NCBI GenBank assembly: GCA_963829525.1
Contig: CAWHIJ010000003.1
Coordinates: 2,592,001-2,656,000 of the forward strand
Direction: 5' to 3'
Source: an uncultured Actinomycetota bacterium
Lineage (GTDB): Bacteria; Actinomycetota; Actinomycetes; JAHEKZ01
DNA: 64,000 nucleotides
This document shows, piece by piece, positions 19,808-30,562 of this stretch. How positions within the stretch are numbered: position 1 is the stretch's first letter; each line of letters begins with the position of its first letter. Made by a program: the position numbers and the translations under genes. Below the pieces are notes generated by a model. That model saw only the letters and a program-made list of their open reading frames with translations, was not told the DNA's origin and searched no databases.

Positions 19808-20545
19808 GTGGCGTCGAAGCGGCTCTCTCGCTTCATACCGCCTGAGCACGGCGCCTGGGCCATGCTGATCGTGCCGTTCGCGCTTGGCACCTTCTCGGCA
19901 ACACCCTCGTGGCCGTCCCTACTACTTCTCGTTGCTTGGCTAGCGGCATACCTCACCAGCTACTTTGCACTCCGGTGGTGGAAGACCCGCAAACTTTCAC
20001 ATCGCGGTGTGCGATTTCGGGCACCAACCGTGCTTTATGCCAGTCTGTTGGCTGTCTCAGGAGCCATCTTGCTGGTCCTCGAACCGTGGCTCGTCTTCGC
20101 TGGGATGGTCTTCCTGCCGTTCGAGTCCACGGCCGTAGCCTTGGCGATACGCGGCAAGGAGCGCTCGCTGTCAGCGGGGTTTGCCTCGGCGACCGCGGCC
20201 TGCCTGATGGCGCCAGTGGCCTACCGCCTGGCCGACGGGGACGACCAGACCCTGGCGCTCACCCTCTTCGTCGTGTCATGGCTGGCATTCACCGGCTCGG
20301 TCCTGCACGTCAAGTCGACGATTCGCGAGCGCGACGACCCGAGGTACCGAACTGCTTCGATAGCGTTCCACGCTCTGGCACTGATCGCAGCTATCTGGAT
20401 CGAGCCACTCCTCGTGATTCCCTTCGGGTTCCTGCTCGTGCGCGCCGTGGTCGTTCCCCGCCATGGCTGGCGCCCCGCGCAGATCGGCGCCGTGGAGATC
20501 GCCGGCTCACTGTTGGTTCTCGCGGTACCGCTCGTTGCTTCGTGA
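19808..20545 (+). CDS. YwiC-like family membrane protein
   Basis: IPPEHGAWAML, HVKSTIRER, QIGAVE; hydrophobic. Confidence 0.8.
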   Translation: MASKRLSRFIPPEHGAWAMLIVPFALGTFSATPSWPSLLLLVAWLAAYLTSYFALRWWKTRKLSHRGVRFRAPTVLYASLLAVSGAILLVLEPWLVFAGMVFLPFESTAVALAIRGKERSLSAGFASATAACLMAPVAYRLADGDDQTLALTLFVVSWLAFTGSVLHVKSTIRERDDPRYRTASIAFHALALIAAIWIEPLLVIPFGFLLVRAVVVPRHGWRPAQIGAVEIAGSLLVLAVPLVAS

Positions 20546-20560
20546 CGGCGCTCAGCGAGA

Positions 20561-21097
20561 TCAGGCGGAGAAGCCAACCTCGCCCGACCGACGTCTACGG
20601 AGCGCCTCACCCTTGCCCGACGACTCCTCGGCCATGTGCTGCTGGAATGCCACCATCTTGGCGCGAAGCTCAGCGTCGGTCACGCCGAGGATCCGTACGG
20701 CGAGCAGTCCGGCATTGCGTGCGTTTCCGATGGCAACGGTGGCGACGGGAACCCCCGTTGGCATCTGCACGATCGACAGCAGCGAGTCGATGCCGTCCAG
20801 TCGGGGGAGCGGAACGGGAACACCGATCACCGGGAGAGGCGTTGCCGCCGCCAGCATGCCCGGGAGGTGCGCTGCGCCTCCGGCTCCGGCAATGATCACC
20901 TGGCACCCACGGCCGGCCGCCGAACGACCGAACTCGAGCATGTCGAAGGGTGTGCGGTGCGCTGAGACGACATCAACCTCGTAACCGACTCCGAACTCGT
21001 CGAGTACGTCGGCAGCGGCCTCCATCACCGGCCAGTCAGAGTCACTGCCCATCACAAGGCTGACAGGCGGGCTCACTGCGGGGCTAGTACTACTCAT
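20561..21097 (-). CDS. purE: N5-CAIR mutase
   Basis: [33 protein letters not shown]. Confidence 0.97.
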   Translation of the reverse strand: MSSTSPAVSPPVSLVMGSDSDWPVMEAAADVLDEFGVGYEVDVVSAHRTPFDMLEFGRSAAGRGCQVIIAGAGGAAHLPGMLAAATPLPVIGVPVPLPRLDGIDSLLSIVQMPTGVPVATVAIGNARNAGLLAVRILGVTDAELRAKMVAFQQHMAEESSGKGEALRRRRSGEVGFSA

Positions 21098-22292
21098 CGA
21101 TGTCACCTCTCAGGTACGCCACGGCATGCCGAGTGCGTTCGAGCAAATCGGTCAGGTCGTCTGGGCTGCTTCCTGTTGCCGTGACATGCCCCACCTTGCG
21201 GCCCGGCTTGACGACCTTGCCGTACATGTGGAACTTAAGGGCCGGATCACGGGCCATGCAGTGCAAGAACGCGGGGTACAGGTCGCTCAGGTCTCCACCC
21301 AGCAGGTTCACCATCACGGTCAGCGGTGCTGACGCGGAGGGGTCGCCAAGCGGCAGATCGAGCACCGCGCGCAGGTGGTTCTCGAACTGGCTGGTCACAG
21401 CACCATCGATGCCCCAGTGTCCGGAGTTGTGCGGCCGCATGGCCAGCTCGTTGACGAGCACTCCCTGGGGGGTGTCGAACAGCTCAACTGCCATGACTCC
21501 GACAACACCGAGCTCACCGGCGATCCGCAAGGCAGCCTCCTGGGCGGCCACCGCATGAGCCTCCTCCAGTCCAGGCGCCGGGGCGTACACCTCGTGGCAG
21601 ATGCCGCCGCGCTGCACGGTCTCAACGACGGGATAGGCCACCGCCTGACCACTCGGGCTCCTGGCCACCATCGCCGAAAGTTCCCGGGTGTAAGGCACCA
21701 GCTCTTCAGCGATGAATCCCGGTACCTGATCGTGTGAGAGCACTTCGGCGGCTTCATGCTCGTTGTTGACCATCCAGACGCCCTTGCCGTCATACCCACC
21801 ACGAGTCGCCTTGAGGACGAGCGGGAAGGACGTGAGCTCGGCAAAGGAGCGGACATCTGCGGCCGAGGCCACCCGGCACCAGAGGGGAAGCGGTGACCGC
21901 ATCTGGGCCAACCGCTCCCGCATCAGGCCCTTGTCCTGGGCAAAGACCAGTGCCTCTGGACCGGGTCGCACGGGCACACCGTCGGCAGCCAGAGCATGCA
22001 GATGATCGGTTGGAACATGCTCGTGGTCGAAGGTGACGACCTCGCAGCCACGAGCGAAACGGCGCAACGTGTCAAGATCCCGGTAGTCACCGATCACCGT
22101 GTCAGGAATCACCTGGGCCGCGCTGTCCGATGGCGAGTCGGCCAGCAGGCGAAGCCGCACGCCAAGCCCGACGGCTGGCTGCTGCATCATCCGGGCGAGC
22201 TGACCACCTCCCACAACGCCAACCACGGGGAAATCGGCGGGGCCCATCTCAGCCGTCTCGGCTGACGAGGCTGCGGGCGTTCGGTCACTCAC
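21090..22292 (-). CDS. purK: N5-CAIR synthetase
   Basis: [39 protein letters not shown]. Confidence 0.97.
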   Translation of the reverse strand: MSDRTPAASSAETAEMGPADFPVVGVVGGGQLARMMQQPAVGLGVRLRLLADSPSDSAAQVIPDTVIGDYRDLDTLRRFARGCEVVTFDHEHVPTDHLHALAADGVPVRPGPEALVFAQDKGLMRERLAQMRSPLPLWCRVASAADVRSFAELTSFPLVLKATRGGYDGKGVWMVNNEHEAAEVLSHDQVPGFIAEELVPYTRELSAMVARSPSGQAVAYPVVETVQRGGICHEVYAPAPGLEEAHAVAAQEAALRIAGELGVVGVMAVELFDTPQGVLVNELAMRPHNSGHWGIDGAVTSQFENHLRAVLDLPLGDPSASAPLTVMVNLLGGDLSDLYPAFLHCMARDPALKFHMYGKVVKPGRKVGHVTATGSSPDDLTDLLERTRHAVAYLRGDIDE

Positions 22293-23214
22293 CTGATGAC
22301 CCTACCGATGGGTTCACGACACGCAGCACGTCGAGGCCGAGGTCGAGTACCGGCGCGGAGTGCGTCAACGCCCCAACCGCTACGAAGTCGACTCCGGTAG
22401 CGGCAACTGCAGACGCTCTGTCGAGCGTCAACCCTCCGGAGGCCTCGAACTGAACGAGCCGCCCGGACGAGCGTCCAAGCGCGACGCAGTGGCGCATCTG
22501 ATCGATGGTCATGTTGTCGAGAAGGATCAGTTCGGCGCCGGCCGCGATGGCCGCGCCGACCTGCGCGGCACTGTCACACTCCACCTCGAGCAGAACCGAC
22601 GGCGCGCGCGCTCGCACCGCGGCGACGGCAGCGCCGACGCCACCCGCTGCTGCAACGTGATTGTCCTTGATGAGGGCAGCATCGCCTAGCCCCATGCGGT
22701 GGTTGAGGCCGCCGCCACACCGGACCGCGTACTTTTCGAGCACCCGCAGGCCAGGGGTGGTCTTTCGGGTGTCACGGACGCGGGCCGGTGCCACCTGGGC
22801 CGCCCACGCCGCGGTGACCGTCGCCACCCCGGAGAGATGACCGAGGAAGTTCAGAGCGGTTCGCTCGGCGGTCAGCAGACCTCGCGTTGGTGCTTCGAGC
22901 CTCAAGGCGTTGTCACCGGGACTCAGCACCGTGCCGTCGTCCTGGTGGTCGAGGAGGCCCCACTGTCCGGCCCCCATGACGAGGTCGAAGGTCACGAGCA
23001 CCACCGGCAACCCGGCGAGGACTCCCATCTTGCGGGCGGCCACGGCAGCCACCACGCGCTGGTCGGCAGGAACCGTTGCTGTCGTTGTGACGTCAGGACC
23101 ATAGGCGAGGTCTTCTTCCAACGCGATCTTCACCTGAGAAACCACATGGCTCACCTGCAGCCCGGCACTCTCGACCATCGAGACCGAATCCGGACTCAGC
23201 TCTTCGTACCTCAC
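22285..23214 (-). CDS. nadC: Quinolinate phosphoribosyltransferase
   Basis: AERTALN, DTRKTTPG, IKDNH, LLDNM, EASGG. Confidence 0.96.
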   Translation of the reverse strand: MRYEELSPDSVSMVESAGLQVSHVVSQVKIALEEDLAYGPDVTTTATVPADQRVVAAVAARKMGVLAGLPVVLVTFDLVMGAGQWGLLDHQDDGTVLSPGDNALRLEAPTRGLLTAERTALNFLGHLSGVATVTAAWAAQVAPARVRDTRKTTPGLRVLEKYAVRCGGGLNHRMGLGDAALIKDNHVAAAGGVGAAVAAVRARAPSVLLEVECDSAAQVGAAIAAGAELILLDNMTIDQMRHCVALGRSSGRLVQFEASGGLTLDRASAVAATGVDFVAVGALTHSAPVLDLGLDVLRVVNPSVGSSGE

Positions 23215-24887
23215 GATCGTTCACCGCCTGCGGGCTCGTACCCCACGGCTTCATACGTGGTCGTGACGGTTGACCCATCCCAACGCTGCACGATGCGCTT
23301 GCGCCACTCCTCACGTGGCTCGGCGAAGTCGAGCCTGCGATGGCTGCCCCGACTTTCCTCGCGCTGCTGCGCCGCGTGCACGATCAGCTCGGAGACAGCG
23401 AGGAGGTTGGTGGCCTCAATCTGAGCGAGGGATGTGATGGAGGACGACGGGCTCGGCGTGCGCAGGTGATCGGACGCTGCCTGCAGACCGTCTCCGTCGC
23501 GCAATGGGCCAGCCCATCTGCTCATGGCAAGCGCGACGTCGCTGCGGACACTGGCGTCCACCACCGCAAGCCAAACTTCCCCGAGCACCGGAGGCCCGCT
23601 CTCGGGCACCTGCTGGGCAAGAGCACCAGCGACCATATGGCCGGCCACCAAGCCCTCGGTCACGCCGTTGGAGGCTAGACGGTTGGCCCCATGCACGCCT
23701 GTGGCGGCTACCTCACCGACGGCGAAGAGGCCCGGTACAGATGTGACGCCGTCCAGTCGAGCCCGAACACCGCCGCAGGCAAAGTGCGCAGCTGGCGCGA
23801 CCGGGATCGGCTCGCTGACCGGGTCAATTCCGGCCTCCCGGCAGCGCGCCACGATCGTCGGAAAACGTTCGGCCATCGCCGGACCGATCGACGTGGCATC
23901 GAGGAATACATGGTCGCCGATTCCCCCGGGAGCCTCTCGGAGACGCAGCGCAATGGCGGTGGCAACGACGTCACGCGGTGCGAGGTCTCCGAGTGGGTGC
24001 ACTCCATTCATCACCGAGCGACCGGCGCCGTCTACCAAAGTCGCCCCTTCGCCGCGCACGGCCTCGGACACCAACAGCTGTTGCCCACTGGACCGCGGCT
24101 GCCAGAAGGCCGTCGGATGGAACTGCACAAACTCCACGTCGGCCACCGCCGCGCCAGCCCGCCAGGCCAGAGCAAGCCCGTCACCTGTCGACTGCGCGGG
24201 GTTGGTGGTTACTGCATAGGCCTGGCCCAGCCCCCCGGTCGCGACAACGACGGCCGACGTGCGAATCAAAGTGATGCCTTCGATCCCACCTGCGTCATCG
24301 ACGTGCGCGACCAGCACGCCCGCAACACGCCCCCGATCGTCGTGGAGCACGTCAAGGGCAATGCTCCGCTCCGTCACCACCACGCCTGCGGCCCGCATCG
24401 AGCTATCCAAGGTGCGTTGCACCTCGGCACCGGTGGCATCGCCTCCCGCGTGCACGATCCGGCTGCGGCGGTGGCCGCCTTCCCGAGCGAGTGCGAGGCG
24501 GCCACCGAGGTCGCGGTCGAACTCTGCACCGAGGTCGATCAGGGTTTGGACGGCCTCCGGCGCCTGCCGTACCAACTGCTCAACGACCGCGCGATCCGAA
24601 AGGCCGGCTCCTGCAGTCAGAGTGTCGGCAATGTGCTCATCCCATGAGTCATCGGTGGCATCGAGCACAGCAGCCAGTCCACCCTGGGCCCACGTGGTCG
24701 AACCCGCACCAAGGCCAGACTTGGTAACCACCAGCACATCACGCCCCGCGCGGGCGGCGCCCAGGGCAGCAGTGGCGCCAGCTGCGCCGGAGCCGATCAC
24801 CACCACCTCAGCGCTCGACTCGAGGGTGGGGCTGGCCGGCAGGCGGGGCAGGGGCCTCCACGCCGACGGCGCCTGCTGATGGGTCAC
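23211..24887 (-). CDS. nadB: L-aspartate oxidase
   Basis: [39 protein letters not shown]; GTGA overlap with the nadA stop. Confidence 0.95.
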   Translation of the reverse strand: MTHQQAPSAWRPLPRLPASPTLESSAEVVVIGSGAAGATAALGAARAGRDVLVVTKSGLGAGSTTWAQGGLAAVLDATDDSWDEHIADTLTAGAGLSDRAVVEQLVRQAPEAVQTLIDLGAEFDRDLGGRLALAREGGHRRSRIVHAGGDATGAEVQRTLDSSMRAAGVVVTERSIALDVLHDDRGRVAGVLVAHVDDAGGIEGITLIRTSAVVVATGGLGQAYAVTTNPAQSTGDGLALAWRAGAAVADVEFVQFHPTAFWQPRSSGQQLLVSEAVRGEGATLVDGAGRSVMNGVHPLGDLAPRDVVATAIALRLREAPGGIGDHVFLDATSIGPAMAERFPTIVARCREAGIDPVSEPIPVAPAAHFACGGVRARLDGVTSVPGLFAVGEVAATGVHGANRLASNGVTEGLVAGHMVAGALAQQVPESGPPVLGEVWLAVVDASVRSDVALAMSRWAGPLRDGDGLQAASDHLRTPSPSSSITSLAQIEATNLLAVSELIVHAAQQREESRGSHRRLDFAEPREEWRKRIVQRWDGSTVTTTYEAVGYEPAGGERS

Positions 24888-25894
24888 GCGGGAACCGGGG
24901 CGCCGCCGAGCTCGACCATTCGTTCGACAGCGCGTCGGGCACGCACAGCGACGTCCGGGGCGATGGTGACCTCGTACACGTTCTCGCGCAGTGTTCGCAG
25001 CAACTTCTCCGGGGTAATCATCTTCATGTAGCGACACTCGGCCTTCGGATTCACCGCAAGGAAGTTAGCCAAGGGATTGGCCTTGCGCAGCTGGTGCAGC
25101 ATCCCAGTCTCGGTCGCCACCAGCACGGTTTCCGAACCCAGCTGCTTGGCCTTGGTGAGCATGCCCCCGGTCGACAGGATGTGGGTGCGATCCGCCGGTA
25201 CTACGCCCTCACCGGCCAGGTAGAGCGCCGACGTTGCGCACCCGCACTCGGGGTGGATCAACAACTCAGCACCAGGATGCTCTTCGATGCCTCGCGCAAG
25301 GTTGTCGCCGCTGATCGCTGCATGGACGTGGCACTCACCCATCCAGATCCGCAGGTTGGTACGCCCTGTCTCGCGCTGCACGTGGGCACCGAGGAACTGA
25401 TCAGGCAAGAACAGAATCTCGCGATCGGCCGGGATCGAGTTGACGACGTCGACAGCATTCGACGACGTGCAGCAGATGTCAGTCTCAGCCTTCACCGCGG
25501 CCGACGTGTTGACGTATGACACGACAACGGCACCGGGGTGTTCGGCCTTCCACTCACGAAGCTGCTCGGCAGTGATGGTGTCGGCAAGTGAACAACCAGC
25601 ATTGACATCGGGGATGAGCACAGTCCGGTCCGGCGCGAGCAGCTTGGCCGACTCTGCCATGAAGTGGACGCCACACAGCACGATCGTCGACGCGGTGCTC
25701 GCCGCAGCGAGGCGCGCCAACTGCAATGAGTCGCCCACATGGTGGGCAACCTCTTGGATCTCCGGCACCTGGTAGTTGTGGGCCAGGATGAGCGCGTCCC
25801 GCTCGGAGGCAAGGCGGCGCACCTCCTCGGCGTAAGCCGGGTCGACAGCTGGCGTGCCAGCCACGCCGCACCTCCGTCGCGTAGGGACCCCCAT
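24884..25894 (-). CDS. nadA: Quinolinate synthase
   Basis: [36 protein letters not shown]. Confidence 0.96.
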   Translation of the reverse strand: MGVPTRRRCGVAGTPAVDPAYAEEVRRLASERDALILAHNYQVPEIQEVAHHVGDSLQLARLAAASTASTIVLCGVHFMAESAKLLAPDRTVLIPDVNAGCSLADTITAEQLREWKAEHPGAVVVSYVNTSAAVKAETDICCTSSNAVDVVNSIPADREILFLPDQFLGAHVQRETGRTNLRIWMGECHVHAAISGDNLARGIEEHPGAELLIHPECGCATSALYLAGEGVVPADRTHILSTGGMLTKAKQLGSETVLVATETGMLHQLRKANPLANFLAVNPKAECRYMKMITPEKLLRTLRENVYEVTIAPDVAVRARRAVERMVELGGAPVPA

Positions 25895-25922
25895 GGGGCC
25901 CTGGTACCGTGAGACTGCCCGA

Positions 25923-25947
25923 GGTTATTGACTATTAGTCCATAACC
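25923..25947. promoter_or_regulatory. NrtR operator palindrome
   Basis: GGTTATTGACTA-T-TAGTCCATAACC, near-perfect AT-rich palindrome between divergent nadA and nrtR. Confidence 0.8.
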
Positions 25948-25986
25948 CGTACACCTCACGCTACCACGCCTCCCGGAGGTCCGGCA

Positions 25987-26733
25987 TTGTCGCCCAGCCC
26001 TCACCGCTCGGCCGCCAAGACCGCGCCAGCAGCAACGACAGCCCCGGCCGTCGACCACGAGGTCCTCGCCGTCGTTCTGCAGGTGGCCGACGCTGCTCTG
26101 CACGTCCTGCTCTGGCAGCACGATCGCGGACCGGCCGCCGGGTCGTGGGCCCTTCCTGGCGGCCCGCTGATGGTCGACGAGACCCTGGGTCAGTCCGTCG
26201 CCAGACAACTGGCCCAGAAGGTCGATGTCCGGCATCTGGCGCACCTGGAACAGCTGGAGACCCGCAGCGATCTCGATCGGGACCCACGCGATCGAGTATT
26301 GGCGACGGCCTACCTCGGGCTGGTGCCAGCCGACGAGCGGTCGATCCTGCCAGCCGATACCCGCTGGCACGAGGTCAACGCGCTCCCTGTCATGGCGTTC
26401 GACCACGCCTCGATCACCTCCAGTGGTGTACGCCGGCTTCGAGCCAAGCTCAGCTACACCAACCTTGGCTTCGCGCTGGCTCCTGCCGTCTTCACCGCCT
26501 CCGAGCTGCAGACGGTGTACCAGGCAGCGCTGGGACACGAGGTCTCAGCTACCAACCTCAAACGCATCCTTCTGCGTCGTGAGCAGATCGCGGCAACCGG
26601 AGAACGCACCTCACCCGGTCGCTCGGGGGGACGTCCGGCCGCCGAGTACCGATTCCGAACCCGTCACATCGAGGTGACAGACCAGTTCGCTGTGCTTCGT
26701 CCTCCCGAGCCACCGCGTACCCTCTCGGGGTAA
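25987..26733 (+). CDS. nrtR: NrtR-family Nudix/wHTH regulator of NAD synthesis
   Basis: WALPGG, degenerate Nudix box RQLAQK, RDPRDR, AFDH, RLRAKLSYT, GGRPA; divergent from nadABC. Confidence 0.9.
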   Translation: MSPSPHRSAAKTAPAATTAPAVDHEVLAVVLQVADAALHVLLWQHDRGPAAGSWALPGGPLMVDETLGQSVARQLAQKVDVRHLAHLEQLETRSDLDRDPRDRVLATAYLGLVPADERSILPADTRWHEVNALPVMAFDHASITSSGVRRLRAKLSYTNLGFALAPAVFTASELQTVYQAALGHEVSATNLKRILLRREQIAATGERTSPGRSGGRPAAEYRFRTRHIEVTDQFAVLRPPEPPRTLSG

Positions 26734-27263
26734 TGACGACGCCAGCGGCCGGGGACGGCAACGCCAATCGAGGGCTTGCGCAGCGACTGCGGCGCGGGAC
26801 GGGAGAGCTTTCGCGATTCGGTGTCGTCGGTATCGGCGCCTTCGTCATCGACGTCGGACTCTTCAACCTCCTGGTGCACGTCGGCGACCCTGGCCTCCTG
26901 GCCGATAAGCCACTGACCGCGAAAACGATCGCGGCGGTGGTCGCGACGGTCTTCGCGTACCAGGTCAACCGAGAGTGGACGTGGAAGGACAGAGGCCGCC
27001 GAGGTTTCTGGCGCGAGTACTCGCTCTATTTCCTGTTCAATGCGATCGGGCTCGTCATCACCTTGCTGCCGCTCGCTGTGTCGCGCTACCTCCTCAATCT
27101 CGACTCAGCCATCTCGGACAACATCTCCGCCAACGTGATCGGCGTCGGCCTCGGGACGCTCTTCCGCTTCTGGTCGTACCGCCGCTGGGTCTTCCCTGCC
27201 ATTGAGGAAGAACCGAAAGTGCGCGGGCCGACGGCTCACCAAGGCGAGCCTGCCACCGACTGA
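26733..27263 (+). CDS. GtrA family protein
   Basis: RFGVVG..DVGLFN, NREWTW, FRFWSYRRWVF; 4 TM. Confidence 0.9.
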   Translation: MTTPAAGDGNANRGLAQRLRRGTGELSRFGVVGIGAFVIDVGLFNLLVHVGDPGLLADKPLTAKTIAAVVATVFAYQVNREWTWKDRGRRGFWREYSLYFLFNAIGLVITLLPLAVSRYLLNLDSAISDNISANVIGVGLGTLFRFWSYRRWVFPAIEEEPKVRGPTAHQGEPATD

Positions 27264-28416
27264 GACTGCCGCGTCCTGCGCAGCGGCCAGCCCAAGCCCG
27301 GTGCCTCCGGCACCGCTGACGTCTCGCTCGAACACATCGGCGGCGATCGCGTCCGGGACACCGGGGCCCTCGTCGAAGACCTCGATCCACGTCGTGCCAT
27401 TGGGCCGGTGCGCCTCAACCGTCGTCACCCCACTGCCGTGGAGAAGGCTGTTCTCGATCAACGCAGCCATCACCTGGCCGACCGGACCTGGATCGACTGT
27501 CGGTGGGTGTCGGCAGGTCGATCCGCGCCTCTAGGCTGCGCGCCGCAGCCTCGAAAGCCGGTTTCCACTCCTGCATCTGCTGATCGAGTACCTGGCGGAG
27601 CGGTTCCTTGGGTCGCTTTGACTCTGGCGATCTTCTGTCGAGCAACAACTCGTCGACCACTCCGGCGAGCCGCTCCACCTGGTCGAGGGCTGCCTGTGCC
27701 TCCACCCTGACATCGACATCGTCGGGCCATGCAGCGAGCTCTTCCAGGCGCAACGACAGCGCGGTCAGAGGCGTCTTGAGCTGGTGCGAGGCATCGATTG
27801 TCATCCTTCGCTCCTCGGCAAGCAGCGCTGCGATCCGCAGGACTGATGCATCCATCGAGTCAGCCAGTCGGTCGAGCTCGGTGATGCCGTAGTGCTCGTT
27901 GGAAGGCCGCAGGTCGCCGGAGCTGAGCCGCTCAGCGTGAGCGGCTAGTCCTTCGATCGGAATGGTGAGCCGACGCGAGGTGCGAAGAGCGAGGACCGTC
28001 GCTATCAATGCCAGTACCAGCCCTATCCCGACTATGACGACGCTGGCGTTCAAGTGGTTGCGTGAAAGCGTTCCGGTCGTGTCGATGAGTCGCAGTGTGC
28101 CTACCCCGCCGATGACTTCCTCAGCCACAGGGCCGCTTGTCGAGTTGCTTCCGACCACCAGCTCGGCGCCATCTGTTGTCGTGAACTCGATCCGGTGCCC
28201 TGCAGGCAGGATGCCCTCCAGCACCTCAGTCGTCACCGCACCGCCAGCATGGAACTGAGTGTGGATCTTCAGCGCCAAATCATCGGCCTGGGCCTCGACC
28301 TGTTGCTGGGAGTTCGCGGCAGTTCCGACCCAGTCACCCCAGAACATCGCTGTCGTCATCAGCACGATCATTGCCAGGCTGACGCCCAGCGTCGTCTGCA
28401 GGATCTTTCGGCGCAC
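27105..28416 (-). CDS. Sensor histidine kinase (DraK-like), interrupted by a frameshift near 27475-27530
   Basis: TM-HAMP-H-box DASHQLKTPL in one frame; LIENSLLHG, DEGPG, GTGLGL in the next frame. Confidence 0.8.
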
Positions 28417-28418
28417 CG

Positions 28419-29087
28419 TCAGTCCTCCTCGAAGCGGAAACCGACACCGCGGATGGTGGCGATGTACCGGGCTGAAGAAACGCCATCGCCGAGCGCCCGC
28501 CGAAGCCAGGACACGTGCATGTCAACAGTCTTCGTGGAGCCGACCCAAGATGTCTGCCACACCTGCCGCATCAGCTCGTCGCGGCTCACAACATCACCCT
28601 TGCGGCGCATCAGGAATACCAGCAGGTCGAACTGGCGCTGCGAGAGCTCGACTTCCCGTTCTCCTTGCCACACCTGTCTGGCCCCGAGGTCAACGGTCAG
28701 ATCCTGCCCGCGGAGCGTCTCAGACTCCCCCTGCCCTCGACGAAGGAGCGCGCGGATCCGAGCCATCAGCTCAGCGGTGCGGAAGGGTTTGGCCACATAG
28801 TCGTCGGCACCGGCGTCCAGGCCGACAACGGCATCGATCTCCGACGCCCGCGCGGTCAGCACCAAGACCGGCACGGGAGAGCCCTCCGCCCTCAGGGTCC
28901 GACAGACCTCAAGGCCGTCCATGCCCGGCAATCCGAGGTCCAGCACGACAAGGTCACTCCCCCTTGCACCGCGAAGGGCGGCCACGCCATCTGCGGCGAT
29001 CTGAACCTCGTAGCCCTGCCGCCTCAGTGCGCGAGAAAGTGGCACGCTGATCGCGACATCATCTTCTGCCAGCAGGACGACGGTCAC
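28419..29087 (-). CDS. OmpR-family response regulator (DraR-like by sequence and synteny)
   Basis: LAEDD, LDLGLPGMDG, GADDYVAKPF, IRGVGFRF. Confidence 0.93.
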   Translation of the reverse strand: MTVVLLAEDDVAISVPLSRALRRQGYEVQIAADGVAALRGARGSDLVVLDLGLPGMDGLEVCRTLRAEGSPVPVLVLTARASEIDAVVGLDAGADDYVAKPFRTAELMARIRALLRRGQGESETLRGQDLTVDLGARQVWQGEREVELSQRQFDLLVFLMRRKGDVVSRDELMRQVWQTSWVGSTKTVDMHVSWLRRALGDGVSSARYIATIRGVGFRFEED

Positions 29088-29127
29088 CAGGTGATCGTAG
29101 GTGTTGAGGCTTCGTTCGCTGCGCCCA

Positions 29128-29634
29128 TTAGTCGCCTTCCTGGCGCCGCCGCAGGTCGTCCTCCTCGTGCAGCCGGAAGATCTCGCGCTGAATCAGCTCG
29201 ACGTCGGGAACCGCAGCGATGAGCAGGCGGCCCGTCTCACCGGCGGACTCGACGATGAGATCGCCGCACCCGAGCATTCGGTCGATGACGCCGTAGCTGA
29301 AATGAACGTCGTTGACGCGTGCGAGCGGCATGTCCCGCCCTTGCCGCGCGACAATCCCCGAACGGATGATGACTCGCCGATTGGTGATCACGTACTGCGA
29401 TGTCGCCCATTGGATGACCGGCTTGATGACCCAAACCACCAACGCCACAAGGGCAGCACCCAGCAGAACCCACCAGGCCCAGTCCCATCCGCTCGGGACG
29501 TTTGCTGCAAGAAAGGAGGTGGCGAAGACAAGGAGGACCAGCGCCACAGCGGGAAAGAAGAGGATGCGCCAGTGGGGACGCATGTCGTAGACCACGGTCT
29601 CGCCTGCGGTCAACAACTTCGCGGGGTATGCCAT
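29128..29634 (-). CDS. Bacterial PH-domain membrane protein
   Basis: MRPHW, 2 TM, YVITNRRVI.RSG, RMLGCGDLIVESAGE. Confidence 0.85.
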   Translation of the reverse strand: MAYPAKLLTAGETVVYDMRPHWRILFFPAVALVLLVFATSFLAANVPSGWDWAWWVLLGAALVALVVWVIKPVIQWATSQYVITNRRVIIRSGIVARQGRDMPLARVNDVHFSYGVIDRMLGCGDLIVESAGETGRLLIAAVPDVELIQREIFRLHEEDDLRRRQEGD

Positions 29635-29697
29635 AGATGCATGGTGACAGAGCCCGTCAGGTGGCGCAGCATGCTCGGGCAACAACGACCCCAGGGA

Positions 29698-30516
29698 TCA
29701 GTTTGCCTCGTGGCGGAGGTGGACCACGTCTGCGGCAGCAACAACGTGCTCGCGCCCTTGCGCCTGAACCACGAGACCACCGCCGGCGTCAATCCGCGTT
29801 GCCCTTCCCTCCAGCTGGCCTCCGTCAGGCAGATGCAGGCGTACATCTTGACCGAGTGTGCTCGAGTAGCGCGTGTAGGCCGTGACAAGTCGGCCGTCGT
29901 CAGCGGCCCACCGGAGGTACCACGACTCCCACGCCGCTAGCACGCCCACGAGCAGGGCAGGTCGGTCGACCCTGCCACCTTCCATCCGCACCGACGTGGC
30001 GGTGTCAGCCGGCATCTCATCGGCCACCTGATCGACGTTGATCCCCCAACCAGCAACGATCGCGCTGCCACCCGGAGCAGGGACAACCTCGCAGAGCACG
30101 CCCGCGATCTTGCGGTGGCCCGCCAACACGTCGTTCGGCCATTTGACCGTCGCCGATACCCCGAGCTGTCCCAGTGCGTCGACGACTGCCAGCGCAGTGA
30201 GCAGCGGAACCCATCCCCAACGTGCGGGCTCGACGGATGGCCGGACGAGAACGCTCACCATGACCGATGTGTACTGCGGCGCCGACCAACTGCGTTCGTG
30301 CCGACCGCGCCCCGCTGTCTGCTCCTCAGCAACGAGAACGGTGCCGCTGGCTCCCCCAGCGCTGGCCAGCTGAACGAGCGTCACATTGCTCGACTCGACC
30401 GAGTCGGCCACCTCCAATGACGTCCAGAGGCCCCCAGGGGTGACCACCTGCCCCGACAGAGCCTGGGCATTCAGTGGCGTACGCGGGGCGGAGGAATGAG
30501 ACGTCGAGTCGGACAT
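29698..30516 (-). CDS. birA: Biotin--protein ligase
   Basis: QTAGRGR..RSW, KWPNDV, KIAGVL, GINV. Confidence 0.95.
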   Translation of the reverse strand: MSDSTSHSSAPRTPLNAQALSGQVVTPGGLWTSLEVADSVESSNVTLVQLASAGGASGTVLVAEEQTAGRGRHERSWSAPQYTSVMVSVLVRPSVEPARWGWVPLLTALAVVDALGQLGVSATVKWPNDVLAGHRKIAGVLCEVVPAPGGSAIVAGWGINVDQVADEMPADTATSVRMEGGRVDRPALLVGVLAAWESWYLRWAADDGRLVTAYTRYSSTLGQDVRLHLPDGGQLEGRATRIDAGGGLVVQAQGREHVVAAADVVHLRHEAN

Positions 30517-30562
30517 CGGTCCACCGTACTGAGGTCAGATCAGCCACGAAGGTGTGAGAACC

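Noticed and set aside
26140-26230. Degenerate Nudix box as pseudogenisation
   Set aside because: Loss of catalytic Glu residues is typical of NrtR regulators
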